A stretch of DNA of 63,357 nt, filler included, from Octopus bimaculoides (GCF_001194135.2; 4 parts of 3 records of this genome joined end to end with filler, not necessarily neighbours in it), one strand, 5' to 3'; positions 25,525 to 37,689 are shown, counted from the whole stretch's first letter. Notes: generated from the letters alone by a model not told the origin. Made by a program: numbers and translations.

Positions 25525-26230
25525 AGTCACTACTATAGAAGTTGGAGGATTTGGTGAGTGGGGTAGTTGGGGTGGGAGTGCATTCCGCGTGAAATAGGAT
25601 GCAGATGACGTCACAGTCGTAATATTAGGCATGAAACACTTCGAGGTGATCGGCAATATTCTAAAGGAATATGGGGTGGTACCAGGAGCGAAAATTTACA
25701 TGTAGTTGTTGGCCCTGGAAAGGCAGATCCACACCGCCAAATAGCGTCGTAGGGAGTAGTGCGTAGGGTGTAGGGTGTAAGTCGTAGGGCGTAGGATGTA
25801 GGACGGACGATTAAATTATTCAGGGCGGGGTTTGGTTAGGTTTGGCGCAGACATCCAAGTGGACAACAAATAGAGAAAGAAGCCGAGCAGAGTACTTAGT
25901 CTCATCCAGAAATGAGCCGAGAGGAAATAATACTCGAAGAACCAGGTAGAGGAGATTGAATATCTATATTCCATCCATCATCTATTACTGCCTGACCGTC
26001 ATGCCTTGCCCGCTTCATGGCTGACCAAAACGAAGCGCTTGCGCATCCATTTTTTTGTGGAGGTAGGTGAGATGTGTTCCGTTCGTCAGACAGTTCCTTT
26101 GCTGCCAACTTCCGCAGAGTGAAGAACTGAGTATACCTAGACAAATGATTCCGCAAACGCATAGCCTCATAAGATTTCTCTTTCTAGATCACGTGAGCAC
26201 ATTAAGATGTTTCATTGTAATGTAGTGTAG
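25525..26230. promoter_or_regulatory. CpG/GC-enriched unique block, candidate promoter or first exon
   Basis: Raised GC and CpG relative to the flanks. Contains palindromic TGACGTCA (25606-25613), GGGCGGGG (25823-25830), CACGTG near 26190, CGTAGGG-like heptamer repeats (25747-25803), a minus-strand GTAAGT donor at 25524 and a plus-strand GTAGGT donor near 26062. Confidence 0.4.
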
Positions 26231-26313
26231 CAGTGATGTGAGGTGGTGGCTGGACGTAATATTATGCTGTTGAATAAGGCTATGTGTTGTAGCAATATGG
26301 CGCAGTGGTCATG

Positions 26314-26450
26314 TTGGTGGTGGTGGTGGTGGTGGTGGTGGTGGTGGAGGTTGTAATAGGATTGTAACGAGACATCTGACGATACTTTGACGAAAATAAT
26401 TTTTTTATTATTATTGCTGTTTTTGATGTTAATCGCAGAAGTGTTGAGAG

Positions 26451-26520
<70 letters not shown>

Positions 26521-27075
26521 AGAAGTAGTTGTGGTGGTGGCGGGGGTGGTGNNNNNNNNNNNNNNNNNNNNNNNNNNNNNNNNNNNNNNNNNNNNNNNNN
26601 NNNNNNNNNNNNNNNNNNNNNNNNNNNNNNNNNNNNNNNNNNNNNNNNNNNNNNNNNNNNNNNNNNNNNNNNNNNNNNNNNNNNNNNNNNNNNNNNNNNN
26701 NNNNNNNNNNNNNNNNNNNNNNNNNNNNNNNNNNNNNNNNNNNNNNNNNNNNNNNNNNNNNNNNNNNNNNNNNNNNNNNNNNNNNNNNNNNNNNNNNNNN
26801 NNNNNNNNNNNNNNNATGATGATGATCGTATTAGTGGTGGTGTTGGTTGTAGGGGTTGGGTTGGTGGTGGTCGTTGTGGAGTGGTGGTGGTGGTTGTGCG
26901 TTGGTGGTGGCGTTGGTAGTTGTGGCAGTGTTGATGATTATGGTGGTGGTGATAGTGATGATGACGATGATGATGATGAAGGTAGTGGAAGTGGTGGTGG
27001 TGTTGGTGTTGGCCGTAATGATGATGGTGAGGAGGTGGAGGACGAAGAGGGGATGATGATGATGATGTTGATGAT
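26314..27075. repeat. (GGT)n/(GAT)n low-complexity field spanning an N gap
   Basis: Directly visible. Confidence 0.93.
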
Positions 27076-27202
27076 GATAGTAATGCTTTCGCATCAGCTG
27101 AAATTACAATAATTTGTAAAGACGCAGATGCTGCACTTTCAACAGTAACTCGTCCTCTAGGGATCTAGTTTTGATCATTAGCAGCGGAACTTAAAGTGGT
27201 TT

Positions 27203-27211
27203 TATCGTACC

Positions 27212-27303
<92 letters not shown>

Positions 27304-27348
27304 TATACACTCGTATACATACACATACACTCGTTACTTCCCTTCCTT

Positions 27349-27392
<44 letters not shown>
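27203..27392. repeat. (CA)n and (CT)n microsatellites
   Basis: Directly visible. Confidence 0.96.
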
Positions 27393-27395
<3 letters not shown>

Positions 27396-27853
27396 TCCAC
27401 TCGTTTCCACTCAACTCGTTTCTTCGTTTCTCACAATAGGGATTATAAACAGCGATTCGTATATATACCTAGTTAGGGATGCCAAAAATATGAATATACA
27501 TAAATACACACACGCACCCACACACACTAAAAGCTCATAAATATATAAATAACTAATACATATAGGTGTGTGTATAAATGCATATATGTATGTATACATG
27601 CATGCATATATACGTATGCATGTATATATGTATATATATACATATATATATATATGTATATATATATGTGTGTGTGTAAATATGTATGTTTAGACACACA
27701 CGCACACACACATATACGTGCGTAAAGAAGGACACATACACACCTCTATATGAACAGCAANNNNNNNNNNATATGTATATATATGTACACACATATACAT
27801 ACATAGACACATACATACATATATATGCATATACATATAAGCATGTATACATG

Positions 27854-27902
<49 letters not shown>

Positions 27903-28634
27903 GTGTGTGTGTAAATATGTATGTTTAGACACACACGCACACACACATATACGTGCGTAAAGAAGGACACATACACACCTCTATATGAACAGCAAGTTAT
28001 TTTTTCCTTCTATTAAAACCCTAATGATGCTTCTACAGTGGATATAGGTCCCATCGACAATTTTAATGTTGAGTTCTTTCTTGTTCACAGATGTTTCGAG
28101 TTAGTCTCTGCTCGTTAAAAGTACGACTTCCTGAATTATGTTGTTAGCAACGTTTCGAGTGTATTCGACTCGTTTTCAAGGATCCCTAAGTGGTGAAACA
28201 ACAAAAACGAAAACACTGGCTAAAATTACTGGCCTGCACACCATTTCATGACGTTTTATAGTGAACTGAGTCGAGATGATTTTGAAGTGGCATCAAATGT
28301 GACATACATGCAGGCGATGTGTTAGTTATTAGTCGACGTCTATTGCTAGTCAGTTGTCAGTTATTTATTTGAAAGTTATTGTTTCATTCAACGTATCATA
28401 TCTTTTTGTATCTGTTTGGTTTGCTTTTTAAAGATGAATGCTTAATGAATTGTCTTTTCTATTGCATAGGGAAGCGCCTATGTGACGTTGTACAAGTTTA
28501 TCCACTACTTCTTACATTTGGAACCAGACCGATTAGAAATAACAAAGAATTATACCACAACAAATACGCACACTTTTGCCATTTTTAAAAAGATTATGAA
28601 AAGATACTTCTTTACAGATAATCTAAAAGTTTCG

Positions 28635-28764
28635 GCTGCGAGCGTGTCTATGTGGTAAGAAGCTTGCTTCCTAGCCACAAGGTTCTTGGTTGCGAGACAC
28701 CAGAGTGACCAAACCCTTGTGAGTGGACTTGCTAAACGGAAACTCAAAGAAGCCCATCGTATAT
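28635..28764 (+). mobile_element. Family A SINE 5' half (interrupted copy)
   Basis: gtgtctatgtggtaagaagcttgcttcctagccacaaggttc..gaccaaacccttgtgagtggacttgctaaacggaaactcaaagaagcccatcgtat; antiparallel match to 28985-29127 and 60973-61133. Confidence 0.8.
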
Positions 28765-28949
28765 CTTTTATCTTTAATTTGTTTCTATCGCTGAATTGCG
28801 GCCATGCTGGAGCACCGCCTTGAAGAATTTGAGTCGAACGAATCAACTCCAGTACTTTTAAAAGCTTGGTCACTTTTGTAGAACCACTAAGTTACAGGTG
28901 CATAAACACACCAACACCGGGGACCGAACACAGAGACTCACACACATAT

Positions 28950-28980
<31 letters not shown>

Positions 28981-29127
28981 AATACGATCGCCTTTTTCAG
29001 TTACCATCTATCAAATCGATTCATAAGGCTTTGGTTAGTACCAGGATATAGTAGAAGACACTTGCTCAAGGTGCTACGCAGTCATGCTGACCCTAGAACC
29101 ATGTGGTTAGGAAACAAACTTGTTACC
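28765..29127 (-). mobile_element. Near full-length family A SINE (tRNA head, CORE-like gcaccttgagcaagtgtctt, internal (TG)n, CR1/L2-derived tail)
   Basis: Head ggtaacaagtttgtttcctaaccacatggttctag, core gcgtagcaccttgagcaagtgtcttctactata, tail aaggcggtgctccagcatggccgcaa..gaaacaaattaaagataaaag. Confidence 0.85.
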
Positions 29128-29320
29128 GTATCAATGTGTGTCTGCTTTTGTGTCTGTGTTTGTCCTTCGCCACCTCTTGAAAACCGGCCTTGGCGATAAG
29201 AGATCGATACAATAAATATCAGACTTTCAAAAACAAATGAAAAACGTTCGATTATCTCTTCAATGCGGTGTCCCAGCATGGCTGCAGTCCAATGCCTGAA
29301 GCAAAATAAACGATCAAAGA
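29128..29320 (+). mobile_element. Family A SINE 3' half (continuation of 28635-28764)
   Basis: tgtgtctgtgtttgtcc..aaccggc..agagatcgatacaataaatatcag..ttcaatgcggtgtcccagcatggctgcagtccaatgcctgaagcaaaataaa. Confidence 0.75.
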
Positions 29321-30312
29321 TGTGTTTCGGAATGCAATCTTCACTTGTGTAGCGTTACAGTTTTCCTACTTCATGCTACCACAAGCCTAAATCTGAGTAT
29401 TTACATCAAATACCATTTGGATGGATTACTCTTCGATCTACGTTATCTCATTGCGCATGCAAAGACCCTCCGGAAGCGCATTCTCTGCAGACGAATATAC
29501 ACTCATGGCACACCACAAAAATGGAAGAAAAAAACATTTTCAAACAATTGTTCATAGATTCTCCGTTATATACATGTTGTTCAGTTTGAAAATGAGCTTC
29601 AGTAAGACAGAGGTCCTCCTTTAACCTGTACCTAACAGCATACCACCACAGCCATGCATCAGCATCGATGACACACAACCACAAAGCCCTTGATTGAGTA
29701 TTTGCGTCAAGAATCAAGAAAAGGAGTGATGCACAGGAAAAGTTTTGCAGCACAAATCAATTGGTATAATTGATCAACTAGTAGAAAACAACAAAACATT
29801 TGTTGATGGTAGAACTGTACTTTAATGGAGTAAAACTGATTTCACTGCCACCTCAAGTTTCGCTGTTAACGGCTGCTTTTTAAGCTGATGGAATAAGCCG
29901 TTAATTGTGACATTTGAAGTCCCAATCAACTATTATACTACTACTACTGCTGCTGCTACTACTAAACGCACACACTTATATATATATATATATATATATA
30001 ATCATAAATATATAGGGATTGACAGTAACCTGCTTCTCCAACATACTGAGAATTCAGAAATAGCAGTCAAAGAACTACTGATTTCAAAACTACAAATTAT
30101 TACTCCAGATTGATAGCGATATTTTTGATACACACAGAACAAAAAACAGTAGAGAAGAGTAAAAAACACTTGCCTTTAGTTAATTTAGTACAATTGTTTC
30201 ACAGTTAAGAGTAAAATACTCTATTCTGATCTTCAGCTAAATATTCTAATAAATTTGTTAATGTCTAATTAACTCACGTTAATTTTGACCATGTGAACAT
30301 CAATACCACGTG

Positions 30313-30412
30313 NNNNNNNNNNNNNNNNNNNNNNNNNNNNNNNNNNNNNNNNNNNNTTAATTAATTAANNNNNNNNNNNNNNNNNNNNNNNNNNNNNNNN
30401 NNNNNNNNNNNN
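30313..30412. other. 100-bp assembly spacer (44 N, TTAATTAATTAA, 44 N); same construct at 52953-53052 and 57911-58010
   Basis: The identical structure occurs three times, and the 12-mer places stops in all frames. Confidence 0.9.
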
Positions 30413-30433
30413 ACATACACATACACATATATA

Positions 30434-30585
30434 TACAGGGACGATTCAATTGCGCCTAGACTTTTTTGATAATGTGCCAAGAAAAGGGGGAGGAGTTTTC
30501 GGCAGACGTATCACATAGGATTAAACATGTGTCCGTCTCTATGATTCTGAGACTGATATCCAGTCGAAGCAATGAAAGCATGATA
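30434..30585 (+). mobile_element. Mariner relic: TIR-like end fused to a short transposase fragment
   Basis: TA-cagggacgattcaatt, then FGRRIT*D*TCVRLYDSETDIQSKQ*KH, matching the mariner motif FL.RIITGDETWV..YDPETK.QS.QWKH. Confidence 0.7.
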
Positions 30586-30604
30586 ACTTACCACCTCCAC
30601 ATAT

Positions 30605-30654
30605 ATATATAGGTGTGTGTGCGCATGCGTGTGTGTATGTGTGTGTGTGTGTGT

Positions 30655-30706
<52 letters not shown>

Positions 30707-30710
30707 GCAC
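30605..30710. repeat. (TG)n microsatellite
   Basis: Directly visible. Confidence 0.96.
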
Positions 30711-32900
30711 CAAAATAAATAAATACATGCATATATATTATCTCAGAAATGGTATATGAATATGTTTGCGAATATGCAGATAATAAAGAAACTTTAACAA
30801 ATCAAAATCAGGTGGCAGGTAACAATGTTTCAGTTATATTTATGTAATTTAAGATGTAATCTTTGAAATTGCAGCCCATGTAAAGTTTGGATTTTTAATA
30901 AGCAGTTTGCCCTTTACGTATTGTTAAAATCTATTGGCCAAGTTTTTGAGGAGTTCGACAGCTCATTTAGCACTTCTTATAGTGTTCAGGACGAATTGGT
31001 GTATGAGAGACATTGCTCTGAAAACATATTTGTGGTTTCTTTAAATTTTAATGAACGTCTCATGTAAAATATAGACTTTGTTCTTTATATTAAAATAAGT
31101 AATTATTTTAAAGTGCATAGGCAGCTGTTTGAATGAATACTTTAATAAAATTAAATATTTGGAAATTTTTAGTGCATTTATTCTATGACATATTATTTAC
31201 ACAAAAGAATTTTATCTGAATAAATATGCAATTGTATCATGAGAAACAGTTAAACAAAATCTTATTTAGTGTTTTTTTAATTACAGGTGTATTAGTATAC
31301 CTTCAATTTCATTTTTGACATTTTCAATTAAAATCATTTAACCATCTTAGCATCTCGTATTCACTTATATAATTTGATATCCTCCTATACTCGACTAGCT
31401 ATTATAATGTTATCGAACACTTTATATATCGGAAGTTTATCAATCACCCCAAAACTTCGAATACCCCTTCATTTTCTCTAACAAATATAATTAAGTTTTC
31501 CAACTGAAATCACGAGATTACATTTATCTGTGCATGAAAGTGTCGGATATTCAAGTTGGCTCTGTACTGCAACGTTTATATATTTACTAATTATAATACT
31601 ATTCAGTGATGGTTCCCTTCTCTCTTTCTGACTTCAAATTTTCCCTGAACGTTTGCGTTTTAACTGCATGTGATCAATAAAATATTAATTAATCATACGG
31701 TGAAGCAGATTTAAACGAATTGATATTCATTAATCTTTGGTCTTGTACTTAATCAACGATTCATTACATATTAATAGTAACAAGGTTCTGCAGCAGGATA
31801 AGATCTGAAATATATAATGAATAATTTGTAGTGTTTCATTTTTAATCTCAAAGCATCGCTGATTGTAAGCTCTTTATCTGTCAGTTATAGAAATATGAAC
31901 TCAAAATATTTAAACGGATCTACTTTATGTTCTCATACTGCATTGAATTTCAACATTAAATCGATAAGTAATGCATACTTGTTTACTAACATGCAGTCAA
32001 GCATCTGGCTTGTGAAACGTGGACATTGAATATATAACCTTAAAACAGATTCGCTTGTTCATGTCAAATAATAACATATTTCGAATACACAAGTCAATGA
32101 TCCGTACTAAACATTAAGTTAGTTTAAGTGTAACATGAATGAGAAGACTAGTTGATATGAATAGAAAGACCAGTAGCTGTCCAATTTCAGCAATTCTACT
32201 TGATAAAGAAAGTTATAAACTCATTTTCCCATTGTGAAATATGGAAATAAATTTATACAAAGCGTGCATTAAATCTGTTAAGGGTGATGTAACAATACTA
32301 TGCAAGTATATCAAATATCAAATAAAATATGTGTATACTAGAAAAACTATTATGAAAGCATAATTATCTATTCATTCACATTAAACCAAATATTTGGGAG
32401 AATGAGCAATAAAATTAAACAAAATAAATAAACAATATTAAATTAATGAGATAAAAGTGTTGAATAATTTCATTGGCAAAATTTACGATGATTATTTCGA
32501 AAAAGAAAAGATTAGTTTACTTTTGAAAATATATCTTGTTTTTGATGTTTTCGAATGGTTTCTTCGACAAATAGTCATTTGATTATATACTGTTTCTAAT
32601 TTTAATATAAATTATCGTTCAGCTAAAAGGAAATTTCAATTAAATATGACTATTATGAGATTGAATGTGGAGTGTAATCCATAATATATATATATACCAC
32701 ATAATTACGTAATCAATATTGTCTGACGTTTATGAATATCAGTCCGCAATTATTGATTTGATGACAAAAATGATGTGCATTCATATAGCATGACACACAC
32801 ACACTTAGGAAAAAAAAAACATCTAACAGACAAATGTAGGCTAAGAGACATGTATACAAGCACACTCATCCACACACAGCCTTAACTTTGTACATATGAT

Positions 32901-33036
32901 GTACGCTTCCCAAGCATAAGATTTTAGGTTCAGTCGCTCAGCGCACCAACTTAACAAACTCGTTTCCACTGTATTACCATGTTATGCAAGGCCTTGCATG
33001 TGAAATAATGGACGAAAGCTGAGTGGAATCTCATCC
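32901..33036 (+). mobile_element. Highly decayed family A SINE 5' half
   Basis: gcttcccaagcat..aggttcagtcgctcagcgcacc..aaggccttgcatgtgaaat..gacgaaagctg..aatctcatc follows the family A layout. Confidence 0.5.
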
Positions 33037-35696
33037 TCTGTACATAAGCAAAAATGCTTTCGTATTACCCAAGTTTAAAGGACGGTATTGTTCGAAAGCC
33101 GAATACTGCGGTATTCTTTTGGAGACGTCCTCTGATAAAGACGTACGGTAGTAAGAGTACAAACATATATCATAGCAGATGTGAATCCTCTGGCATGGTG
33201 CCGGAACTGAGAGATCACCCGATGACAATGAACGGCGCTTCTTCATTGCGCTTCTTCAATGCATATCAGTCAAATCACGCTGCTAACGATATATATAATA
33301 CCATTGTTTTTCAGTAACTAATGACGCAAAAAGTCAGCTGGCTAATTGAAAAATAGATGCTAGCAAGGAAAGCAGTAGAAAGCAGTATAAAAACCGAAAG
33401 GCAAGCTTTATATCCAACGTAACGTAGATAAATTGTTAGAAAGTTGAATAGTTTTTTAATTGCCTTAAGAGGTCCTTTCAAATGATGCATGGTGCATAAA
33501 AGCACAGATATGTATCGCATCAGACATAGCTCACATGGTATTTTTTAATAAACATGTTCTCTAATTGCGACATCAAATTGATCTGGTGTTTCATCAACTA
33601 AGAATGCCTCTTCCCTTCAGACAAAACTTTTTTGCAGCACGTGGTTCACTGGTGTAATGGTAATTCGAAACACTGGGATTTAAACCTCATTGAGAATCAT
33701 GTTGGTCGACGCTACCCAACAGAACAGCGTGTCTCACAACATCACGCGCTCTTGTGTATTTACCGTCATATGAGAAATGCAGCACGAATTTGTTTACTGA
33801 TTCTCATAACCAAGAGCTCGTGTTGTTCTGAGATTCATCGGCCCAGTTGCATAGCTCCGATTGAGGGCATACACAACGAGGTTAAAATTGATAGGTGATA
33901 TTTTAGATAACGTATAACTTCAGTTATTGTGATAATTCTCCAGTATGTTACATAGACAAATGATATGGGCTGTTAACATTATTATCTAAGATATTAGAGC
34001 AGTGCACATTCATACATTTATCTGAATATATGATTTTGCCTCCACAATATTTCTTCTCCATAAGTGATATTTATGGAATATATGATGTTTTATTTGACCC
34101 GATACCACAGGTCTTTCAACTATTTTTCATTTCAAACACATTTTATTCGGCTACTTAAAATAAAATTACTGCATAAGATTCTTAAAGCAGTGCAAAGCAG
34201 TTTTATTGATAGATATATGTGTTTTCTCCCAGACATAAAGCTGCTATATGACCAGTGTAACAATCTAACACAATTTTTTCTCATTAGTTTTTATTTGACT
34301 TACTTGTCCACCGATTTCAGCTTAGCAGCACTACTAACTGAAGGAAAAGAAAACTATTCAAACTCCGTGACCTCAGTTTTCAATATAAATGAATGTTCAA
34401 TTTTGAACGTTTATATTAAAAGTTATCTATTTTGGAGATAGATAATTTTTAAACTTTTTCCCTATTACTATTTACATTCCTTTATTTCATTCTGAATCAC
34501 ACGAGCTGTAGTATAGATAACAATAAGGAACCTTCGAACAGCTTTGTTTGAATAGCAAGCTGGAATTTACATTGAATTCAAAGAAACTGACGTCAAGTGC
34601 TAGATTAGAATTTAATTATTCTAAGAATCAATGTTTATTAATTACGTAGATTTATCAAACAGAAGAAATATCACATCTTATCTAAAAGTAATAAGAATAG
34701 CAATTTCTATTGAAAAATATAGATGAAAAGTTGTGATGTGGATTAAACATTTTTTTAGTCTTTATGATTGATTCATTTGAATGTTCTACTCAATATGTAT
34801 CGAAGCCAGTAAGATTGAAAAATTCTCAGTAAGCTTAAACGCAATAAGTTTGAGTTTCCAATTAAGAGAAATCACACAGTCAACCAGTTCTGTTTCACCG
34901 CTACAAAAAAATCGTCTGATTTAAGCTTTAACATTCAGCGCCGCAATTACTTTCGTTCGTAATCTATTGTAAAGTTGTTAAGTTGTTAAATGATTTTAAT
35001 GGGTATAAACCAACAATTGAAGCTAAATTGTAATGCCAACACGCTTACATCTTCCTCCTTGCTTTACAAATGCTTACTACTAATATCTATTTAACCTTAA
35101 CGGAACTAAACAATTGGTTTAGCTTACTTAAAATCTTTAAATTTCAAGGGAAGTACACAGACATGTAGGAAGTAAATAGACACCTTTGAGTTTCAATTTT
35201 TTTTTACTTAATACGCAAAGCGAACAATTGAAATGTAATCGATAAGTAGTATACAGACACGGTTTGATACGTGAGATTAGTGCTCTGTTGCTAATGTGAC
35301 AGCCAGAATTTGAAAAATAGATACGGCTTCTGTGAAGATGGAGAACACCCATTCTTGTTCGATTACATAAAACTGCTATAAAGAGAGTGTCTTCCAAATC
35401 ATTGCTGCACCGCAGCCTTCTCTATGGTATCCTTCTCTTCGAACACGTTTTCTCTTCTAGAATGTTCTCTGAATTTTGATTGCGCTAAAAATGTTAAATA
35501 TATCATCATCAATCATAATCACCTTCTTCCATAATTAGCTATCCTCATGCTTTCTCTGCTGGATCCAGCTTCCTCATTCGTCATAAAGATATTTCTAGCT
35601 GCATTTTGGCTCTGTAATAATTTTAATTCTTTCCCTGCTGAGTTAAGGCTTCTGGGCTTTTCTCCATATGTTGCTCTCTAATCATAACGGTTATTT

Positions 35697-35842
35697 CTCT
35701 ACATTATTTTCATTTGATATTTGTCCTCATCTTGTTTGTTGTTAACACAACGTTTCGGCTGATATACCTTCCAGCCTTCATCAGGTGTCTTGGGGAAATT
35801 TCGAACCTGGGTTCTCATTCCTAAGGTATTTTTCGATATTAT
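35697..35842 (-). mobile_element. 5'-truncated copy of the hammerhead-bearing SINE-like element (family D)
   Basis: Close match to 41873-42020 and, in reverse complement, to 42240-42385: atcgaaaaataccttaggaatgagaacccaggttcgaaatttccccaagacacctgatgaaggctgg..cagccgaaacgttgtgttaacaacaaacaagatgaggacaaat. Confidence 0.92.
35744..35789 (-). ncRNA. Minimal type I hammerhead ribozyme, core intact
   Basis: GACAC-CUGAUGA-A-GGCUG(GAAGGUAUAU)CAGCC-GAA-ACGU-U-GUGUU. Stem I is GACAC/GUGUU, stem II is 5 bp, all core nucleotides are present, stem III is a loopless self-complementary ACGU, and the cleavage triplet is GUU. Confidence 0.8.
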
Positions 35843-36400
35843 TTAAAAAAGTTATTCTCTGATTGCATGTTGCTAAGCACTGCCAAAAGTTTTCATGAAT
35901 TTTTATGTATTCTAGCAATTATGTGTTGTGATGTGTTTTCTGTCTAAGTGTTCTCGTATGCACGAAATTGTATTTTTGATTATGTGCTTCTGTGCGTGTA
36001 ACAATAACAGACATCAGCCTCCCTCTACTATTTGAGCTATGTCCCTTAGCGTTGCAAATTTTTACAAACGTAGTAGGAATATGGGCATAGATACACAACG
36101 CGAGCTCTTAGATAATTTATTCATTCATTTACTTTCATACGTATTAACTAAAATTTGATACCTCATTCAGTAATCATAAGTAATGACAGAATTGGTAAAC
36201 ACCATGCTTCGCTGAAGAGGTTTATCGACATCAAAGCCACTACAGAATTGTCAGCATACTTGCAAAGATCACACTTACTGCCTATGATATATCTACATTA
36301 TATTTTGTATTTATGATAATAGGTTTAAGCACACGAGAAGCCGTTCTTAGAATCGATAATAAAACTCATATGCTATCTCACCACAATACAGACATAGTTT

Positions 36401-36622
36401 AAGACCGTTAGCTGGCAGATTCATTAGCAAGTCAGACTAAAATTCTTAGCGGTACGTCGTCCGCTTTAACGTTCTGGGTTAAAATTCCACCGATGTCGAC
36501 TTTGCCTTTCATCTTTTCATGTTCGATGAAAGAAATACCAGTTGAGTTGAGTACTGGGTTGACGTAATCGACTTGTCACCTACCCAAAAATTGATGGCCT
36601 TGTGCCAATCTTTGAAACAAAT
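36401..36622 (+). mobile_element. Full-length family B tRNA-derived SINE
   Basis: gctggcagattcattagc..ttctgggttaaaattccaccgatgtcgactttgcctttcatc..ataccagttgag..actgggttgacgtaatcgactt..ggccttgtgccaa..tgaaac; similar to 51379-51591 and, in reverse, 45748-45941. Confidence 0.85.
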
Positions 36623-37689
36623 ATAGACATAATTTTAATGTGTTAATGTTTGGCTCAATATATTAATTACACTAACACAGCCTATGCTATGCATTTTTTA
36701 TGCAGACACCTGAGAAAGTTTTGTGAAGTCAGTTTTGTTCCAAATAAATTGTCAAACAATTTTACTATTCATTTAACTCGACAATTTAAACGAAGATGAA
36801 GTGCTAAAGTTGGAGATCATGAAATCTATAATCGATTATATTCGAAGTTAAATCGTAAAACTTTCATTTAAATATAGTTAAGATAGATTGGTTGAAAGAT
36901 TAAATGTGAAACTGTATTGAATGCTGAACATTTGGTATTAATTAGCTCTGGTGCCATGGATAATTACAAGCAAGTTAATATTTCTATCGTTGTTTTCTTG
37001 TTACTATCTCTTTAATTTAATTTTCAGTATCTACAAACAAGGAAACAGTATTGGAAAACAGCAAAACTAACAAATCTAATATAGCAAAACAATAGCTGAA
37101 CGTATAATCTCTTTAATTAACTTCGGAAATTTTGAAAAGTTTCATTTTAATTGTAAAGACCAAATGGATATGTACTAGGGCACTATCTACAAATTGGACG
37201 CAACTAGTTTATTATTGATTTTACAACTATACATTTTGACATAAAATTGACCTAATTACTGAATCTGCAACATCTAGCTACTTGGAGAAACAGCATTTAA
37301 ATAAAATGATTTCAAAGATATAGATGAAAGTGCACATTTTCTGGAGGGGGAATTCATTACCATTATTGTTTTAATTAGAAACATAAAAGCAAAATTTCAC
37401 GTTAGTATGATTGGCATTTTAAAACGCCAACGAATGTATTATAATAATGTTGTGATCATGGCTCAAATCTAGAATGGGTTAAGAGCAACAAATAAGTCAA
37501 ATCTACGGGGAACATACTAGATCTGATGTTTGCAGTTTGGTTTATATCACCGTATTGATTGGCACCTGCTGATATACAAAGTAGCACTATCGAGAACCCC
37601 ACTATCATGGAGCAAAAATGCAGTATTTAACTAGGAAATGGTTTGGTCTATTTCAAGCGATTAAGAGCTCAACGTTAAATCGGAATAGA

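Noticed and set aside
8606-26062. Scattered kinase-like words on the plus strand (GYVDFGL at 8606-8626; EALAHPFF at 26032-26055) as exons of one kinase with the 5787 motif
   Set aside because: DFGL is followed by a stop and lacks the preceding K.x motif. EALAHPFF has an in-frame stop shortly upstream and no good acceptor. The motifs point to different kinase groups.
27540-27995. Direct duplication of roughly 230 bp around a 10-N gap
   Set aside because: The two versions differ mainly in microsatellite length and meet at a minimal gap, typical of uncollapsed haplotypes or contig overlap.
30357-30368. TTAATTAATTAA islands inside gaps (also 52997-53008 and 57955-57966)
   Set aside because: Identical, centred in 100-bp N blocks; an assembly linker, not biology. 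Adjacency across these joins is unreliable.
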